A stretch of DNA of 64,000 nucleotides from an uncultured Planctomycetaceae bacterium (GCA_963815195.1 CAWFGE010000019.1:32001-96000), one strand, 5' to 3'. Positions 9,580 through 22,185 are shown, counted from the stretch's first letter. The notes: generated from the letters alone by a model not told the origin. Numbers and translations: made by a program.

Positions 9580-11730
9580 TCAAGGCACGCTCTTGAGGTC
9601 GCAGGACAGGCCGCCGGCGGCGGGGACGTAGGTGTGGCGGACGTAGTCCATCACCATGCGGTCCGCGTTGAACCGCCAGCCCAACGAGCGGACGGCGTGC
9701 TTCATGCGGAAGATCCACTCCTGCGGCAAGTCGTCGGCGTCGCGGACGTAGAACAGCGGAATGACTTCGTTCTTGAGCACGTCCATCAGGAACTGGCCGT
9801 CCCGCTCATCCTGGATTTCCACACTCGAATGGGTCCGGCCGGTGCCGATGGCAAAACCGTTCTTGCCGTCGTAGGCTTCGGCCCACCAACCGTCCAGGAC
9901 CGAGCAGTTGAGTCCGCCGTTCAAAACGACTTTCTGGCCACTGGTTCCCGAAGCTTCCAACGGCCGGCGAGGATTGTTGAGCCACACATCGACGCCTTGG
10001 ACCAGGTGCCGGCCGAGGTTGATGTCGTAATCTTCCAAGAGCACGATCCGGCCTTTGAACTGGGGATTTTCGGTCATCTTGTAGATCCGCTGCACGATCC
10101 GTTTGCCGTTCTCGTCGGCGGGGTGGGCTTTCCCGGCGAACACGAATTGCACGGGGCGTTTGGAATCGTTGATGATCTGGCCCAGAAAGTCGACGTCCTT
10201 GGCGATCAGGTCCGCGCGTTTGTACGGAGCAAACCGGCGAGCAAAGCCGATGGTCAGGTAATGCGGGTCGAGAGCTTCGGAGAGTTCCGCGATCCGGGCG
10301 TCGCTGTCGCCGCGGCGCTGGGCCTGCTTGACGAGTCGCCGGCGGGCGTAGTTGATGAGCCGGTTTTTGAGCGATTGGTGGGTTTCCCACAACTCGGCGG
10401 GGGTGACGGCTTGAAAGCCCGCCCAGACTTCCGGTTCGCCGGTGCGGAGAAACCACTCGCCCGGCAGCATGCGGTCGTAGATGTCGCGCATCTGGCCGGC
10501 GAGCCACGACGGAACGTGCACGCCGTTGGTGATGTGCCCGATCGGGATTTCTTCCTCGCTCCGCCAAGGCCACAGGCTGGCCCACATCCGCCGGCTGACG
10601 ACGCCGTGCAGACTGGAGACCGCGTTCGCCCGCCGGCTGAGCTTGAACGCGAGCACCGTCATGCAAAACGTTTCTTCGGGGTTCTGCGGATCGACGCGGC
10701 CCAGTCCCATAAGGCCCTCGTGATTGAGGCCCAATTGATCCGCGAGCGGCCCGACGTGCTCTTCGATGAGATCCGCGGTGAAGCGGTCGTGGCCGGCCGG
10801 GACGGGCGTGTGGGTGGTAAAGACCCCGGCGGCGGCGGTGTCGCGAAGGGCCTCATCGAAGGACAGGCCGTCTTCGTGCATCCGCATGCGGACGACTTCC
10901 AGCGGAGCAAACGCGGAGTGCCCTTCGTTCATGTGGTACACGCTGGGCTGAATGCCGAGGGCCGCGAGCGCCCGCACGCCGCCGATGCCCAGGATGATTT
11001 CCTGCCGAATCCGCGTGCGGTGGTCGCCGCCGTAGAGCCGGGCCGTGAGCCGGCGGTCTTCCTCGGGGTTCTCGGGCACGTCGGTGTCCAGCAAATAGAG
11101 GCGAATCCGCCCCACGTTGACTTGCCACACGCGGGCAAAGATCGATTGGTTTCGCGTGTGGACGGAGACCATCACCGGCTCGCCTTTGGGATCGAGGGCC
11201 GGATGCATCGGCAGGCGGGCGGTGTCCACTTCGGTGTAGGATTGCTGCTGCCAGCCGTCTTTATCGATCTGCTGGGAGAAATATCCCTCGTCATAGAATA
11301 AACCAATGCCCACGAGGGGCACGCCCAAATCCGAGGCGCTTTTCAGATGGTCGCCCGCCAGGACGCCCAGGCCGCCCGAATAAATCGGCAGCGACTCGTG
11401 CAGCCCGAACTCGGCCGAGAAATACGCGGCCGGCCGCTGGCCCAAAATCCCCGCGTGGGTCGTGCCCCAACTGTCGGTGGATTCCATATATTCCCGCCAG
11501 CGGCGGTAGGCGCGGTTGATCCGCGAATGAATCACCAGTTCCCGCACCCGCTCTTCGAGCTTGTCCGGCGGATATTCTTCCAGAAGCTGCACCGGGTTAT
11601 GGGCCAAGACCGACCAGCGGGTGGGATCGATGGATCGAAAAATCTCGGTGACCTCGGGCTGCCAGCTCCACCACAGATTGCTGGCCAGTTCCGTCAGTTT
11701 TTGGTGCGCGGTCTTTTGTTTGGCTGCCAT
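9580..11730 (-). CDS. glgP: Alpha-glucan (glycogen/maltodextrin) phosphorylase
   Basis: [40 protein letters not shown] and the [12 protein letters not shown] motif. Confidence 0.96.
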   Translation of the reverse strand: MAAKQKTAHQKLTELASNLWWSWQPEVTEIFRSIDPTRWSVLAHNPVQLLEEYPPDKLEERVRELVIHSRINRAYRRWREYMESTDSWGTTHAGILGQRPAAYFSAEFGLHESLPIYSGGLGVLAGDHLKSASDLGVPLVGIGLFYDEGYFSQQIDKDGWQQQSYTEVDTARLPMHPALDPKGEPVMVSVHTRNQSIFARVWQVNVGRIRLYLLDTDVPENPEEDRRLTARLYGGDHRTRIRQEIILGIGGVRALAALGIQPSVYHMNEGHSAFAPLEVVRMRMHEDGLSFDEALRDTAAAGVFTTHTPVPAGHDRFTADLIEEHVGPLADQLGLNHEGLMGLGRVDPQNPEETFCMTVLAFKLSRRANAVSSLHGVVSRRMWASLWPWRSEEEIPIGHITNGVHVPSWLAGQMRDIYDRMLPGEWFLRTGEPEVWAGFQAVTPAELWETHQSLKNRLINYARRRLVKQAQRRGDSDARIAELSEALDPHYLTIGFARRFAPYKRADLIAKDVDFLGQIINDSKRPVQFVFAGKAHPADENGKRIVQRIYKMTENPQFKGRIVLLEDYDINLGRHLVQGVDVWLNNPRRPLEASGTSGQKVVLNGGLNCSVLDGWWAEAYDGKNGFAIGTGRTHSSVEIQDERDGQFLMDVLKNEVIPLFYVRDADDLPQEWIFRMKHAVRSLGWRFNADRMVMDYVRHTYVPAAGGLSCDLKSVP

Positions 11731-12049
11731 GGAATTCCATCCCGTTGATGTTGCGAAGGCGAGCGCACAGGCTCAGGGAAGCGCAAAAAACTCCCTTTCC
11801 CAAGCCTCGAAGTATATCGACTCTGGCGGGAAGGTCGAGAGACAATCGAAAATGTTCCTCCAGTTTTTCCGCCTGGGAGAGTTGCATCCGGGCACCAGAA
11901 ACCGCACGATGCAAGGGAACTTTTCGGAGAAAATCGCGAGATTTCCTGTTCTCCGCCGGAGTGAATTATAGCCGCTTCGTCCGACGGAATAACCCGAACT
12001 TTTTTCCGGGAACGCTCCAATTCCGTGTTTTTTTCCCACGAAAACTGCT

Positions 12050-13534
12050 GTGAGGTGCCTTATGTCTAGTGCAAATTTCTGGATTTTTGTCTGCTCGATG
12101 CTCCTCGGCCCTTGGCTTTCCCTCGCTGCGAAGGCGGAGGTTGGTGAACAACTCAGCCCGGCTCAACAGGCGGCGGTCGAGTCCGTCGAACAGCACAAAT
12201 CCCAAATCCTCGACACAAATCGGAGAATCTGGGAGCACGCCGAGTTGGGGCTTCAGGAACGCCAATCGTCCGAACTCTTGATGTCCCAACTGAAAGCGGC
12301 GGGGTTTGAGGTGAAATCCGGACTTGCGGGCATGCCCACGGCGTTTGTCGCGGAATACGGCTCCGGAAAACCGGTGATCGGGATTCTCGCCGAGTACGAC
12401 GCCCTGCCCGGGATGTCCCAAAAAGTTTCGCCCGTCCGCGATCCCTTGAAAGCCGACGAACCGGGCCACGCCTGCGGGCACAGTGGCTTGGGTTCGGGCG
12501 CCTTGGGGGCCGCCCTAGCCGTGCGGGACGTGATGGAAAAGCAAAAGCTCCCCGGCACACTCAGGCTCTATGGAACGCCCGCCGAGGAAACCGTCATCGG
12601 CAAAGTCTATATGACCCTCGCCGGCGTGTTTAACGATCTCGACGTGTGCCTGCACTGGCATCCCGCGACAAAAAACCAGCCCTGGGCCGGCAGTTCCAAG
12701 GCGCTCATCTCCGCGAAGTTCACGTTCAAAGGCCTTTCCGCCCATGCCGCGGGCAGTCCGGAAAGCGGCCGCAGCGCGCTCGATGCGGTGGAACTCATGA
12801 ACGTGGGCGTCAACTACATGCGGGAGCACGTCAAGGAGGATGCCCGGTTTCATTATGTGATCACCAACGGCGGCGGGGCTCCGAACGTCGTCCCCGCCGA
12901 GGCCACCGTCTGGTACTTTGTGCGGGCCGACGCGCATGAAGACGTGGAACGCTATTACGATTGGATCAACGACATCGCCAAAGGGGCGGCCCTCATGACG
13001 CACACGAAGATGTCCGTCCAAATCGACACCGACTGCCACGAGATCATTTCCAACCAGGTGCTCTCGGAGTTGTTCTATCAAAACCTCAAAGCCGTCGGCC
13101 CGCCCAAGTTCACCGAAGAAGACCGCGCCTTCGCCCGCCGATTGCAGGAGCCGTTGATCGAGCAATTCGGGACCAAGTTCCCGCTGGCGATCGATGAAAC
13201 CGTGAAAACCGTTGCGGAGTCCAACAGTCCCAGCAAAGGCTCGACCGACGTGGGCGACATCAGTTGGTACGTGCCCACCGGCGGACTGCGGACGGCGTGC
13301 TTCATGGCGGACAGCCCCGGCCACAGTTGGCAAAATGTGGCCTGCATCGCCTCGCCCATCGGAGAGAAAGGGATCGTGTACGCGTCCAAAGTCATCGCGG
13401 CGACGGCGATTAAACTTTTGGAATCCCCCGAAACCGTCGCCGCCGCCAAACACGATTGGCAAACCCGCATGAAAGACCGAAAATACACGACGCGGATTCC
13501 CAAAGGCCAAAACCCGCCCAAACAAATCCGCTAG
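12050..13534 (+). CDS. Secreted M20 family amidohydrolase (AbgB-like)
   Basis: Signal peptide; LAEYDALPG, GHACGH, GTPAEE, GRSALDAVELMN and GSTDVGDISW motifs. Confidence 0.9.
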   Translation: MRCLMSSANFWIFVCSMLLGPWLSLAAKAEVGEQLSPAQQAAVESVEQHKSQILDTNRRIWEHAELGLQERQSSELLMSQLKAAGFEVKSGLAGMPTAFVAEYGSGKPVIGILAEYDALPGMSQKVSPVRDPLKADEPGHACGHSGLGSGALGAALAVRDVMEKQKLPGTLRLYGTPAEETVIGKVYMTLAGVFNDLDVCLHWHPATKNQPWAGSSKALISAKFTFKGLSAHAAGSPESGRSALDAVELMNVGVNYMREHVKEDARFHYVITNGGGAPNVVPAEATVWYFVRADAHEDVERYYDWINDIAKGAALMTHTKMSVQIDTDCHEIISNQVLSELFYQNLKAVGPPKFTEEDRAFARRLQEPLIEQFGTKFPLAIDETVKTVAESNSPSKGSTDVGDISWYVPTGGLRTACFMADSPGHSWQNVACIASPIGEKGIVYASKVIAATAIKLLESPETVAAAKHDWQTRMKDRKYTTRIPKGQNPPKQIR

Positions 13535-13693
13535 GCGAGCGGCCGATGGTCCATTCGCTTGAGCTTCGGCAACCCGATCGCGGGCACAAGGACGACTGCT
13601 GGCTTGCCCGCCCCATCCAGATACATTTCAAAATACCGCCGGGATCGGTTATCCTGCAGTCGCGATGTTTTGGGGTTTTTGAGGAGTTATCAG

Positions 13694-15040
13694 ATGCTGA
13701 AGATCGAAGGCAATTCGGTTCGGCTTTGTGATGGGCTGCCGCGGCGGTCCTTTTTGCAGATCGGCGGCTTGGCGATGGGGGGACTGGCATTGCCGCAGAT
13801 CCTCGCCGCGGAGGATCGGCAAGGCAGCGCTTCGCCGCACAAAGCCGTGATTATGATTTTCCTGGCGGGCGGACCGCCCCATCAGGACATGCTCGATCTC
13901 AAGCCGAACGCTCCGCAAGAAGTCCGCGGCGAGTTCGACCCGATTGCCACGAGCGTCCCGGGCATTCAGATCAGCGAACTCATGCCCCGCGTCGCGAGCC
14001 GGATGGACAAGTTCGCGATCATCCGCTCGCTCGTGGGGGCCGAGGGCCGGCACGATTCGTTCGAGTGCTGCACCGGGCATCACTTCGCGGGCAGGCAGCC
14101 GCAAGGGGGCTGGCCTGCGATGGGCTCATCGTTGTCCAAGCTCTTTGGGCCGGTCGATCCGTCCGTGCCGCCTTACATGGACCTGTCGCAGAAAATGGCC
14201 CACGATCCGTGGAACGTCAAAGGTCCGGGGTTTCTCGGAATGGCTCATGCGCCGTTCCGCGCGGATGGGGAGTCGATGAAGAACATGCAGGTCAGCCGGG
14301 ATGGAACCGCAAGGCTCGACCGCCGCGCTTCCCTTTTGGCCGAACTGGACCGCTTTCGCCGCGTGGCGGACGCGCGGTTGGACTCCGGCGTTTACGACAC
14401 CTTCACCGAGCAGGCCTTGGGCGTGCTCAGCTCATCCAAGCTGGTCAAAGCCCTCGATCTGGAACAGGAGGACCCGGAAGTCCGCGCTCGTTATGGGCAG
14501 GACGATCCGAATGTGCTCGGATATTCGCTCGAAAAGGGCTATCAGGCGCTGATGTCCCCCTTCCTGCAAGCCCGGCGGCTGGTGGAAGCCGGCGTGCGCT
14601 GCGTGACGTGCAGCTTCGCGCATTTCGACTGGCACGGCAACAATTTCGGCAGTGCCCGCAAAGTTGTTCCGCTGTTGGATCAGGGCGTGGCGGCCCTGGT
14701 CGAAGATCTGCACGAGCGCGGTCTCGATCGAGATGTGACAGTGCTGGTGTGGGGCGAATTTGGACGAACGCCTAAAATCAACGAACGGGCGGGGCGGGAC
14801 CATTGGCCGCGAGTCCATGCGGCCCTCATGGCGGGCGGAGGCATGACGACCGGTCAGGTCATCGGCTCGACAAACCGCCTGGCGGAAGAGGCCGCAACTC
14901 GGCCCGTTCCGATGCAAGACGTGTTCGCCACGGTTTATCACAATCTCGGGATTGATGTCGCCCAAACGACAATTCCCGACCACAATGGACGCCCCCAATA
15001 CCTCGTCGAGCGGCATGATGTGATTCGCGAGTTGGTTTGA
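13694..15040 (+). CDS. DUF1501 domain-containing protein
   Basis: RRSFLQIG, IFLAGGPPHQDMLDLKP, ARRLVEAGVR and VWGEFGRTPKIN...GRDHWP motifs. Confidence 0.92.
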   Translation: MLKIEGNSVRLCDGLPRRSFLQIGGLAMGGLALPQILAAEDRQGSASPHKAVIMIFLAGGPPHQDMLDLKPNAPQEVRGEFDPIATSVPGIQISELMPRVASRMDKFAIIRSLVGAEGRHDSFECCTGHHFAGRQPQGGWPAMGSSLSKLFGPVDPSVPPYMDLSQKMAHDPWNVKGPGFLGMAHAPFRADGESMKNMQVSRDGTARLDRRASLLAELDRFRRVADARLDSGVYDTFTEQALGVLSSSKLVKALDLEQEDPEVRARYGQDDPNVLGYSLEKGYQALMSPFLQARRLVEAGVRCVTCSFAHFDWHGNNFGSARKVVPLLDQGVAALVEDLHERGLDRDVTVLVWGEFGRTPKINERAGRDHWPRVHAALMAGGGMTTGQVIGSTNRLAEEAATRPVPMQDVFATVYHNLGIDVAQTTIPDHNGRPQYLVERHDVIRELV

Positions 15041-15126
15041 GGCCGCGGGGCGATGCCTTTCTAAGAGGGAGCTTGCTTGAACCGGCGGACTCCCTACCAA
15101 ACTGTGATAGAAAGCTTGTCACCCCT

Positions 15127-15426
15127 ATGAATCCAATTCTCAAGAGCGTGTGCTACGCGGTTGCCGTGCTGGGGCTGGGATTTCACGGCTTGTTTTCTGA
15201 TACGGAAGAACCGCCGACACCGCCGGTCAAAACGCTGATTCTTCCCGGTGAGTCGTTCCTCGTCGAGGGCCGCCCGGCGTTCATGTTGCTGCCGCCCCCG
15301 GATAAGCGACAAGACCCGCAGCCGTGGATTCTGTACGCCCCCACCCTGCCGGCCTATCCCGACAGCCATGAGAAATGGATGCACGAGCAGTTCCTCCAGG
15401 CAGGCGTGGCCGTGGCGGGGATTGAA
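15127..15426 (+). pseudogene. 5' fragment of a secreted alpha/beta hydrolase, truncated at the edge of the accessory region
   Basis: Signal peptide then PWILYAPTLPAYPD...QFLQAGVAVAGI; coding-like sequence ends at about 15425 and the frame runs on antisense into the WD40 gene. Confidence 0.6.
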
Positions 15427-15507
15427 GGTGGCAGAACACAAATATCAGATCAGATCAGACTGCGCAAGTGGCTTCAGGTTGTCGCTAAAGTTGCGTGGTG
15501 TCCACTG

Positions 15508-18500
15508 CTACGGTTCCGGTCTTCCCATCTGCGGACGCCCAGACGTGAGGTGGTTCGGGGCGAGCTTCTGGAGTTGAATTGTGTCCCAAACGCGCACAAA
15601 CCCGTTTTGATCCACGGTGGCCAGAACGCGTCCGTCGGCCGAAAGACACATGCACGACAGCGCGTTGTCCGAGGTGACCACGAATTTGCTCTGTTCCGGG
15701 TTTGAGATTTGCCAGAGGCGGACTGTGCGATCCATTCCCCCCGAAATCAGTTTGTCCCCATCGGCAAGGAACGCGATGTCAACAATCTCGTCGGCATGAC
15801 CGGCCAACATCGCGATTTCCCGGCCGGTTTCCGCATCCCAGACGCGGATGACAGGGTCTCCAAAACCTCCCGCCCCGGCAATCCGCCGGCCGTCCGGAGA
15901 AAAAGCCACAGCGGTCAGTCCCCACTTATGACCTGCCAAAGTCTGCTCGCACGCTCCGGTTTCGAGATTCCATAGTCGCACGGTGTTGTCCCAACTGCCG
16001 CTGGCTAAGCGAATCCCGTCTGGCGAAAACGCCACGCTACTGATGACGCTGGTATGCCCCTCAAGAGTCTTCGCGAGTTCGCCGGTCTTCGCGTTCCACA
16101 GGACCAGTTTCTTTCCGGCCCCGCCGCCCGCGAGCCAACGGCCATCGGGAGAATATCGGATGCATTCCACGCCGCCTTCCAGCGGAGCCAACGCAATGAG
16201 TTCGGCCCCGTTTGCCGCATCGTAAACTCGGATCGTTTGCTCGCGGCTGGCAACGGCGATTTGTTTCCCATCCGGCGAAAAGGCGACCGTTGCCCCTTGG
16301 CCGGTGGGCGGGAGTTCGAGCCGCGTGTTGCCGTTCGTCACGTCCCATATCGAGATCTGTGCCGAACCCGTGGCCCCGGCAATGGACTGCCCGTCCGGTG
16401 CAAAGGACATCGAGCGCACATACTTCGTGGTGGGTTGAAACTCCTTGCGGAGGAGATTCCCTTGTGCCGCGGCGGTTTTGGACTGGGCCTGAACCAATTC
16501 GCGGCTGGCCGCGTGCCAGAGTTTCAGTTGCCGGCCTACGCGATTGGCGGACCGCAGGCCGCTGCCCGCCGCCAGCGTTCGCCCGTCGTGCGAAAAAGTC
16601 ACGGAGTAAACGACGCCGGTATGCCCACCCAACGTCAGCAGAAGCTGACGGCTTTTCAAACTCCACAATTTGACGGTGCCGTCCCAACTGGCTGTGGCCA
16701 ATGTTCGGCCATCGGGCGAGATGTCAAGCCCGTAGATCACCTCCTGATGTCCTTTCAGAACGGCCTGAAGTTTCCAATCCGCCGTGGCCCAGATGCGGGC
16801 TGTGCGGTCGTGGCCGGCGGTGACGGCGAATTTCGCATCCGGCGTGAACGCCACGTCTTCCACGTTTTCCGTATGAAAACCATCTTTCCCGGATTCGAGG
16901 TGCGCGACCAATCGGCCGGTGGCGAGGTCCCAGACTCGCAAATCCGTGGCAGGCGGGCCTTCGCGATGGCAGCAACCGGCCAACCACTTGCCGTCGGGCG
17001 AAAAGGCCAAGGCCCGAATGGTCCTCCCGGAGCCTTCGAACCGCTTCATTTCGTTGCCGGTTTCCACATCCCAGAGTCGCACCGTATTGTCGTGGCTGCC
17101 GGTCGCCACAATCCGTGAATTGGGTGAAAACGCCAGCGACCACACGGCGTCATAATGAGCCTGGATCGTGTGCAAAACCTTTCCCGTCACCGCGTCGCGG
17201 AGGACGAGCTGACCGCCCCAGGCAATGGTGGCCAGCTTCGTGCCATCGGGCGAATACGCCGCCAACGCGTCCGGCCCGAGCACCGGGTACCTGGCGAGTT
17301 CTTCGCCCGTCGGCACATCGATGATGGCCGCTCCGGGCGAGCTCGCCGCGATCCGGCGGCTATCCGGTGAGAAGGACAAGGAATAGACGTTGGCGCCCGT
17401 GCCGGAAATCGTCGTTTCGGTCAATCGGCCATCGACGTACCACAACCGCGCGGTCCGGTCCCAACTTCCGGTGGCGAGAAGTTCGCCGTCCCGCGAAAAA
17501 TCGAGGGCAACCACATAACTTTCATGTCCCAGGAACGAGTGGATTTCAGTGACTTGCTTCAGGTCCCAGAGTTTGACTTGCCGGTCCCAACTGGCCGATG
17601 CCAATCGATCGCCGGTGGGCGAAAAGGCCACCGCGGTGACGCCCACACGATGGCCCCGCAGCCGATTTTGGAGATGAAGCTCCGCAGCATCCCAAAGGAG
17701 GATCTCAGCCGGTCCGTCCCATTTGCCCGCGCCGGTCGCGAGACGTTTGCCGTCCGGGGCGAACTTCACCGACCAGACCGGGCCGGTGTGGCGACGCGAA
17801 GTTTGCTTTTGAGCACCGCTTGCGACGTCCCAGGTCCGCAGCACGGCGTCCCAACCGCCGGCGGCCAGCCGTTCTCCATCGGGAGAAAAATCCAGCGAGA
17901 GAATCCCGCCGCTCGATCCGCTTAATGTCCGCACACGGTTGCCGTTTATCGCATCCCACAAGACGACTTCCCCGAAACGCTTTAGGCCCGAAATCCAAAT
18001 CAGCCGAGTCAGAGGCGTGCCGCCCTCTCCTTCATACCTCGCCGTGCCGGTCGCCACGGTTTTTCCATCCGGCGAAAATGCGACCGCCATGACGGTCTCG
18101 GGCATTGCGGTTGATGGTTCCAACGCCGAAAGCAATTTCGCATTAGCCGGATCCATCACGACGGCCCGCGCCAGATTTCCTTCGCCCTGTCCGCCGATCG
18201 CCAGACAATTTCCGTCGGGCGAGTAGTCGAGCGACCAGACCTCGTGGAATCCCGAGCGGAGCGAGCGTTCGGGTTTTCCGGTGGCGACCTCCCACAGAGT
18301 CACCCCGCCCCCCGCGCCGCCCGCGGTCGCCAACTGCCGGCCGTCGGGCGAAAACGCCACCGCCCGGACGGTGTCGGCCAAGGCCAGCACTTGCCGCTCG
18401 CTATGGCAAAGCTGCCAGAGGTAATACCACTCGAATCCCCGCAGATCCGTCTGACCTTGGGTCGGAACGTGATGATTCAAAAGCTCGAGCACCCGCTCGA

Positions 18501-20240
18501 TGTTGGCCGCCTGGAACTCGCGCTGCGCGAGCTGGATTTCACTGGCATAGAGATCCTGCCGGCGCTCGTCGGCCAAACGGTCCGCTTCCTTGCGCAGCCG
18601 CTGTTCCTCGCGCCGGGCCTTCTCGGCGACATCCCGCGCATCTTCAGCGCGTGCTTGGGCATCGACGGCATCTCCCAGAGCGGTTTCCCGATCGGCCGCC
18701 ACCTCGCGGTATTCCGTGGCGGCCAGCACGGATCCGAACGTCACCGCCAACAAGAGGGCGGCAATCAATCCGCAGAGGGATGCGATCGCCGGATTTCTCC
18801 GGGACCAGCGCGTCAGCCGCTCCACGCGCGAAAGCCGTGCGCCCGAATCGGTTCATCCGCCAGGAATCGCTCAAGATCGGCCCCCAGTTCCCCGGCGGTT
18901 TGGTAACGGCGATTGGGATCGAGATCAATGGCTTTTTGCACGATCGTCGCCAGGTCGCGCGGAATGGCCGAGTTGATATGCTCCAAGCGTTGGGGCTCAG
19001 AGCTTGTGACCTGCGAAATCAATTTGTGCCGGTCCTTTTCGCCAAACGCCGGACGCATGGCCAGGAGTTCGTAAAGCGTCAGTCCTAAGGAATACACATC
19101 GCTGCGAACATCGGTTTTTCCTTCAAAAGCTTCAGGCGGCATGTAGCGCAGTGTTCCGAGAATGTCTCCGGTGTGGGTGATGTCTTGTTGGTCGGCGGCT
19201 TTGGCGAGGCCGAAATCCGTGACCCACACCGTACCTTTCAAATCCAAGAGCAGGTTTGAGGGCTTGATGTCCCGGTGCAAGATTCCCTGCTCATGCGCAT
19301 ATTCCAAGGCGTCGGCCACTTGCCGGCCGACGCGGGCGATGCTGTGCCAATACGTCGCGTGTCGGCGGTCGCCCGACGATTCCGGCGCCCGTGTCGTTCC
19401 AAGCAAGGGAAGACTGGCTGAGGAATCGGAAATCTGGAACGTATCCGACAGCCGTTCCACCGTCGAAGGGGATTTCTCGGCCGGGAGACTTGCCGGAACC
19501 GCCGTTTCCAACGTCACGCCGGAATGGCCGCCGGACACCGCTTCGCCCAACACGGTCGGGGCCAGTTGTCCGCTCATCAACGAACGGGACACCATTTCCA
19601 CCGACACGTCCCGCCTCCGCTCAATCTTCAGTTCGGCCGTCGGCGGGAGGTTTTTCTGTTCGGCGGAATCGGACTGCAATTGCAGGAGCTCTTCAATGAC
19701 CTGGTCCAACCCCAGCCCCTGAATAAACTGCATGATGTAATAGTGCACGCCGTCCTGTTCCCCGACGCCAAACACCGGAACGATGTTCGTATGATGCAGC
19801 CGGGCTGCGGATTTCACTTCGCGATCGAATCGCCGGCGATGCTGCTCGTCGAGCAGCATTTGCTGGGGCAGTACTTTGAGGGCGACGTGCCGGCCCAGCG
19901 AGACTTGTTCCGCCTCGTAGACGATGCCCATTCCGCCACGCCCAATTTCACGAAGGATGCGAAAGTCTCCGAGTTGCTTGAGTTCCGGATTTCGCAACTC
20001 AGCCAACCCAGGCGGCGATGAGTCGTCAAACGATCGCACATCCTCCATTTCGACCAGAAGCGGAAACAACTCCCGAATCTCATTCGCCCATTCGGGATGC
20101 TGTTTCGTGTACTCGGAGAGAGCCGGCCGTTCTCCCCGCCGGAATCGTTCCACAAACTCGTCCGCCAGCATTTCCACCGGATTGCGAATTTCGGATTCGG
20201 TCATCGCTTGCCTCACAGGAATGGTTCGTGGATCGGTCAA
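15508..20240 (-). CDS. Membrane-anchored Ser/Thr kinase with many C-terminal WD40 repeats, split by a 1-bp frameshift near 18835
   Basis: IGRGGMGIVY, HRDIKPSN, DFGLAK and GTLRYMPPE in 18813-20240; ADEPIRA joins to VERLTRWSRRNP, a TM helix, LRGFEWYYLW and over 15 GH...WD repeats in 15508-18825. Confidence 0.9.
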
Positions 20241-20881
20241 TGGGTTTCCCCGCGGGCTTCCTCCAGGATTTCCTTCATCCGCTTGAGCGCCCGCACGTAG
20301 CGATTGCTTGCCGCGGCTTGGGAGATTTCCAGCACTTTCGCCGCCTCCGCATTGGTCAACATCTCGAAATGCCGGAGCGTCAGCACCTCGCGGTCAATCG
20401 GATCCATCGCATTGAGCGCCTCTTGGATTTGCAGCTTCGACTCGGCCCGCATGGCGGCCCGGCTGGGTGAGGTCATTTTCCCAAGCAATTGGGCGGCCAA
20501 GGCAAACGAGGTCGCCTGCGGCATGGGGCCGCGATAGATCGAAACGTCGCGGCCGGCGTCGCGTTGTTGCACGCCGAGATGATGCCGATGCAAATCCGTC
20601 AGCTTCTGGCCCACGACCAGGCGCAGCCAAAGGAAAAACGGCAGGTTCTCCTTCTCCGAAAAAGACGGCAACCTGCGGCTGGCATCCAGATAAGCGTCTT
20701 GCAGGACATCGGACGGATCGACCCGGCCTTGGAGCCTGCGGTCCAGACGCAATCGGACCATCTGCCGGAGACGCTTTCGATACCGGTCGAACAACTCCGC
20801 CAGAGCCGCCTCTTCGCCGGCCTTCGCCTGGACCAGCAGATCGTCCAAGTTGTCGCTTTCCGCATTCATGATGACTCCCAC
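20237..20881 (-). CDS. ECF sigma factor, kinase-associated type
   Basis: RLRQMVRLRLDRRLQGRVDPSDVLQDAY (sigma2) and DREVLTLRHFEMLTNAEAAKVL (sigma4); stop overlaps the kinase start. Confidence 0.93.
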   Translation of the reverse strand: MGVIMNAESDNLDDLLVQAKAGEEAALAELFDRYRKRLRQMVRLRLDRRLQGRVDPSDVLQDAYLDASRRLPSFSEKENLPFFLWLRLVVGQKLTDLHRHHLGVQQRDAGRDVSIYRGPMPQATSFALAAQLLGKMTSPSRAAMRAESKLQIQEALNAMDPIDREVLTLRHFEMLTNAEAAKVLEISQAAASNRYVRALKRMKEILEEARGETH

Positions 20882-20939
20882 ATCAGGATACCCGAGATGG
20901 GAGGACGATCATAAACAGGAACTGTGCATTTTTTTCAAC

Positions 20940-21105
20940 GGTTTGCGGGCCATAGTCCCACAATCCGCTCCGCGTTCCTTCAATCTTCACCAACCGCTGA
21001 TCGATCTTCTGTCGCTGGCCCGGACGAGGGCCAACCGTCTCGAACGATGCCTCGTCCACACGCGAGCCATGATAGATTTTGCCGGTCGTCAGGGTCTTAT
21101 AGCCG
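20940..21105 (-). pseudogene. Internal fragment of a sulfatase-like gene
   Basis: GYKTLTTGKIYH matches the sulfatase GYxTxxxGKxxH motif; no start or C-terminus. Confidence 0.5.
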
Positions 21106-21301
21106 CCCAGAAGAGGATCACCGAGAAATCGCGGTCCACCCGCGACGGAGCGTTGTTGATTTCGGATTCGGAAGCCAGGAGCTGTGTTAGACTGGGCGGC
21201 AATCCTGCGGCGAGTGCTCCCAGGCTGAGCCCGCCGATTCGGAGCCATTCCCGCCGGGTGATCGGGCCAGGGGACCAAATGTCCTTCGATCGTGGCTGCA
21301 C
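21105..21301 (-). pseudogene. N-terminal fragment of a DUF1501-like gene
   Basis: TRREWLRIGGLSLG...SVILFWA parallels the N-terminus of the intact DUF1501 at 13694; ends abruptly. Confidence 0.6.
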
Positions 21302-21572
21302 GAACCAGTTCCCCCGCGTTTAATGATTTTTAGCATGTTCCAATACGGCATGCTACCCGATCGGTTGAGAACTTGACAATCATGGGCACATAGGCAGCTG
21401 GCTCGGCCTGATCGTCTTTCTGAATATCGAACTCCATGAGTCTTCCCGCACATAATCAAGTTGACATGCACTCGAACACTTGAAGTGAAGAACCTCTTAA
21501 CAGTAAAACTCGTCATTGACATTCATTTTAGGTTCTACAATAGCAACCGCTTTGAAAGAAAGGTTTCGGGTG

Positions 21573-21950
21573 ATGGCGAAAAAAGGGGGAGTCAACCGAA
21601 CGGAAAAAGTTCGCGAGTACATGCTGGCGAATCCCGATCAGACAAATGCCGAGGCGTTCCGCGGACTCGAGGCCCAGGGAACCCATGTGTCCCACAGTCT
21701 GATCAGCCAGGTGCGGAAGCAAATGGGCTTCCCGCAGGGCGGTAGCACAAAAAAAAGGGCCGGCAAGAAGAAGGCCAAAAAGAAAGTCGGCCAGAAAAAA
21801 ACATCGATGGCTCAACCTGCCTCAGCACCGACTGCCCGGGGACGGGCCATTACGGCAGAAGATCTGTTTGAGGCCAAAAAGTTGGCCGACGATTTGGGCG
21901 GGCTGGAGCGGGTACGAGAGGCATTGGATGCTTTGGAGCGGTTGCGGTAG
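21573..21950 (+). CDS. Small basic putative DNA-binding (nucleoid-associated-like) protein, 125 aa
   Basis: Helical N-domain (NRTEKVREYM...SLISQVR), Lys-rich linker (KKRAGKKKAKKK), C-domain GGLERVREALDALERLR; followed by a hairpin. Confidence 0.75.
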   Translation: MAKKGGVNRTEKVREYMLANPDQTNAEAFRGLEAQGTHVSHSLISQVRKQMGFPQGGSTKKRAGKKKAKKKVGQKKTSMAQPASAPTARGRAITAEDLFEAKKLADDLGGLERVREALDALERLR

Positions 21951-21967
21951 CAAAACCCAGAAGCCGA

Positions 21968-22009
21968 AATGACAAAGCCTCACGCGTTTTGTGGTGAGGC
22001 TTTGTCATT
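21968..22009. terminator. Hairpin, likely a bidirectional terminator between convergent small genes
   Basis: 16-bp perfect stem AATGACAAAGCCTCAC / GTGAGGCTTTGTCATT. Confidence 0.7.
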
Positions 22010-22026
22010 CAAGGACAAAGAAAGGC

Positions 22027-22185
22027 TCATGCCGATTTTCGCAGTCGAGCCAACTCATCCAGGGCGAGTTTCGCTCGCTCAACCCCGCCCATCTTCTGCA
22101 CAAAGTCCTGAATCTTCAGAACCTCCTGTTCCGCGATCCCCTTTTTGCCCCTGATGGCGTTTTGTTTACTCTTTCCTTGTTCCAT
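22027..22185 (-). CDS. 52-aa protein homologous to the C-terminus of the neighbouring basic protein (absent from the ORF track)
   Basis: MEQGKSKQNAIRGKKGIAEQEVLKIQDFVQKMGGVERAKLALDELARLRKSA; GGGAGG RBS 5 nt upstream; GGVERAKLALDELARLR aligns with GGLERVREALDALERLR. Confidence 0.75.
   Translation of the reverse strand: MEQGKSKQNAIRGKKGIAEQEVLKIQDFVQKMGGVERAKLALDELARLRKSA

Noticed and set aside
15400..15510. att duplication of the tRNA-Val 3' end at the left edge of the island
   Set aside because: No match to TGGACGATACTGGACTCGAA was found there. None was found for tRNA-Phe near 39200 or 55000 either.
21516..21541. TTGACA...TACAAT sigma70 promoter for the basic protein
   Set aside because: The spacer is only 14 nt, too short to call.
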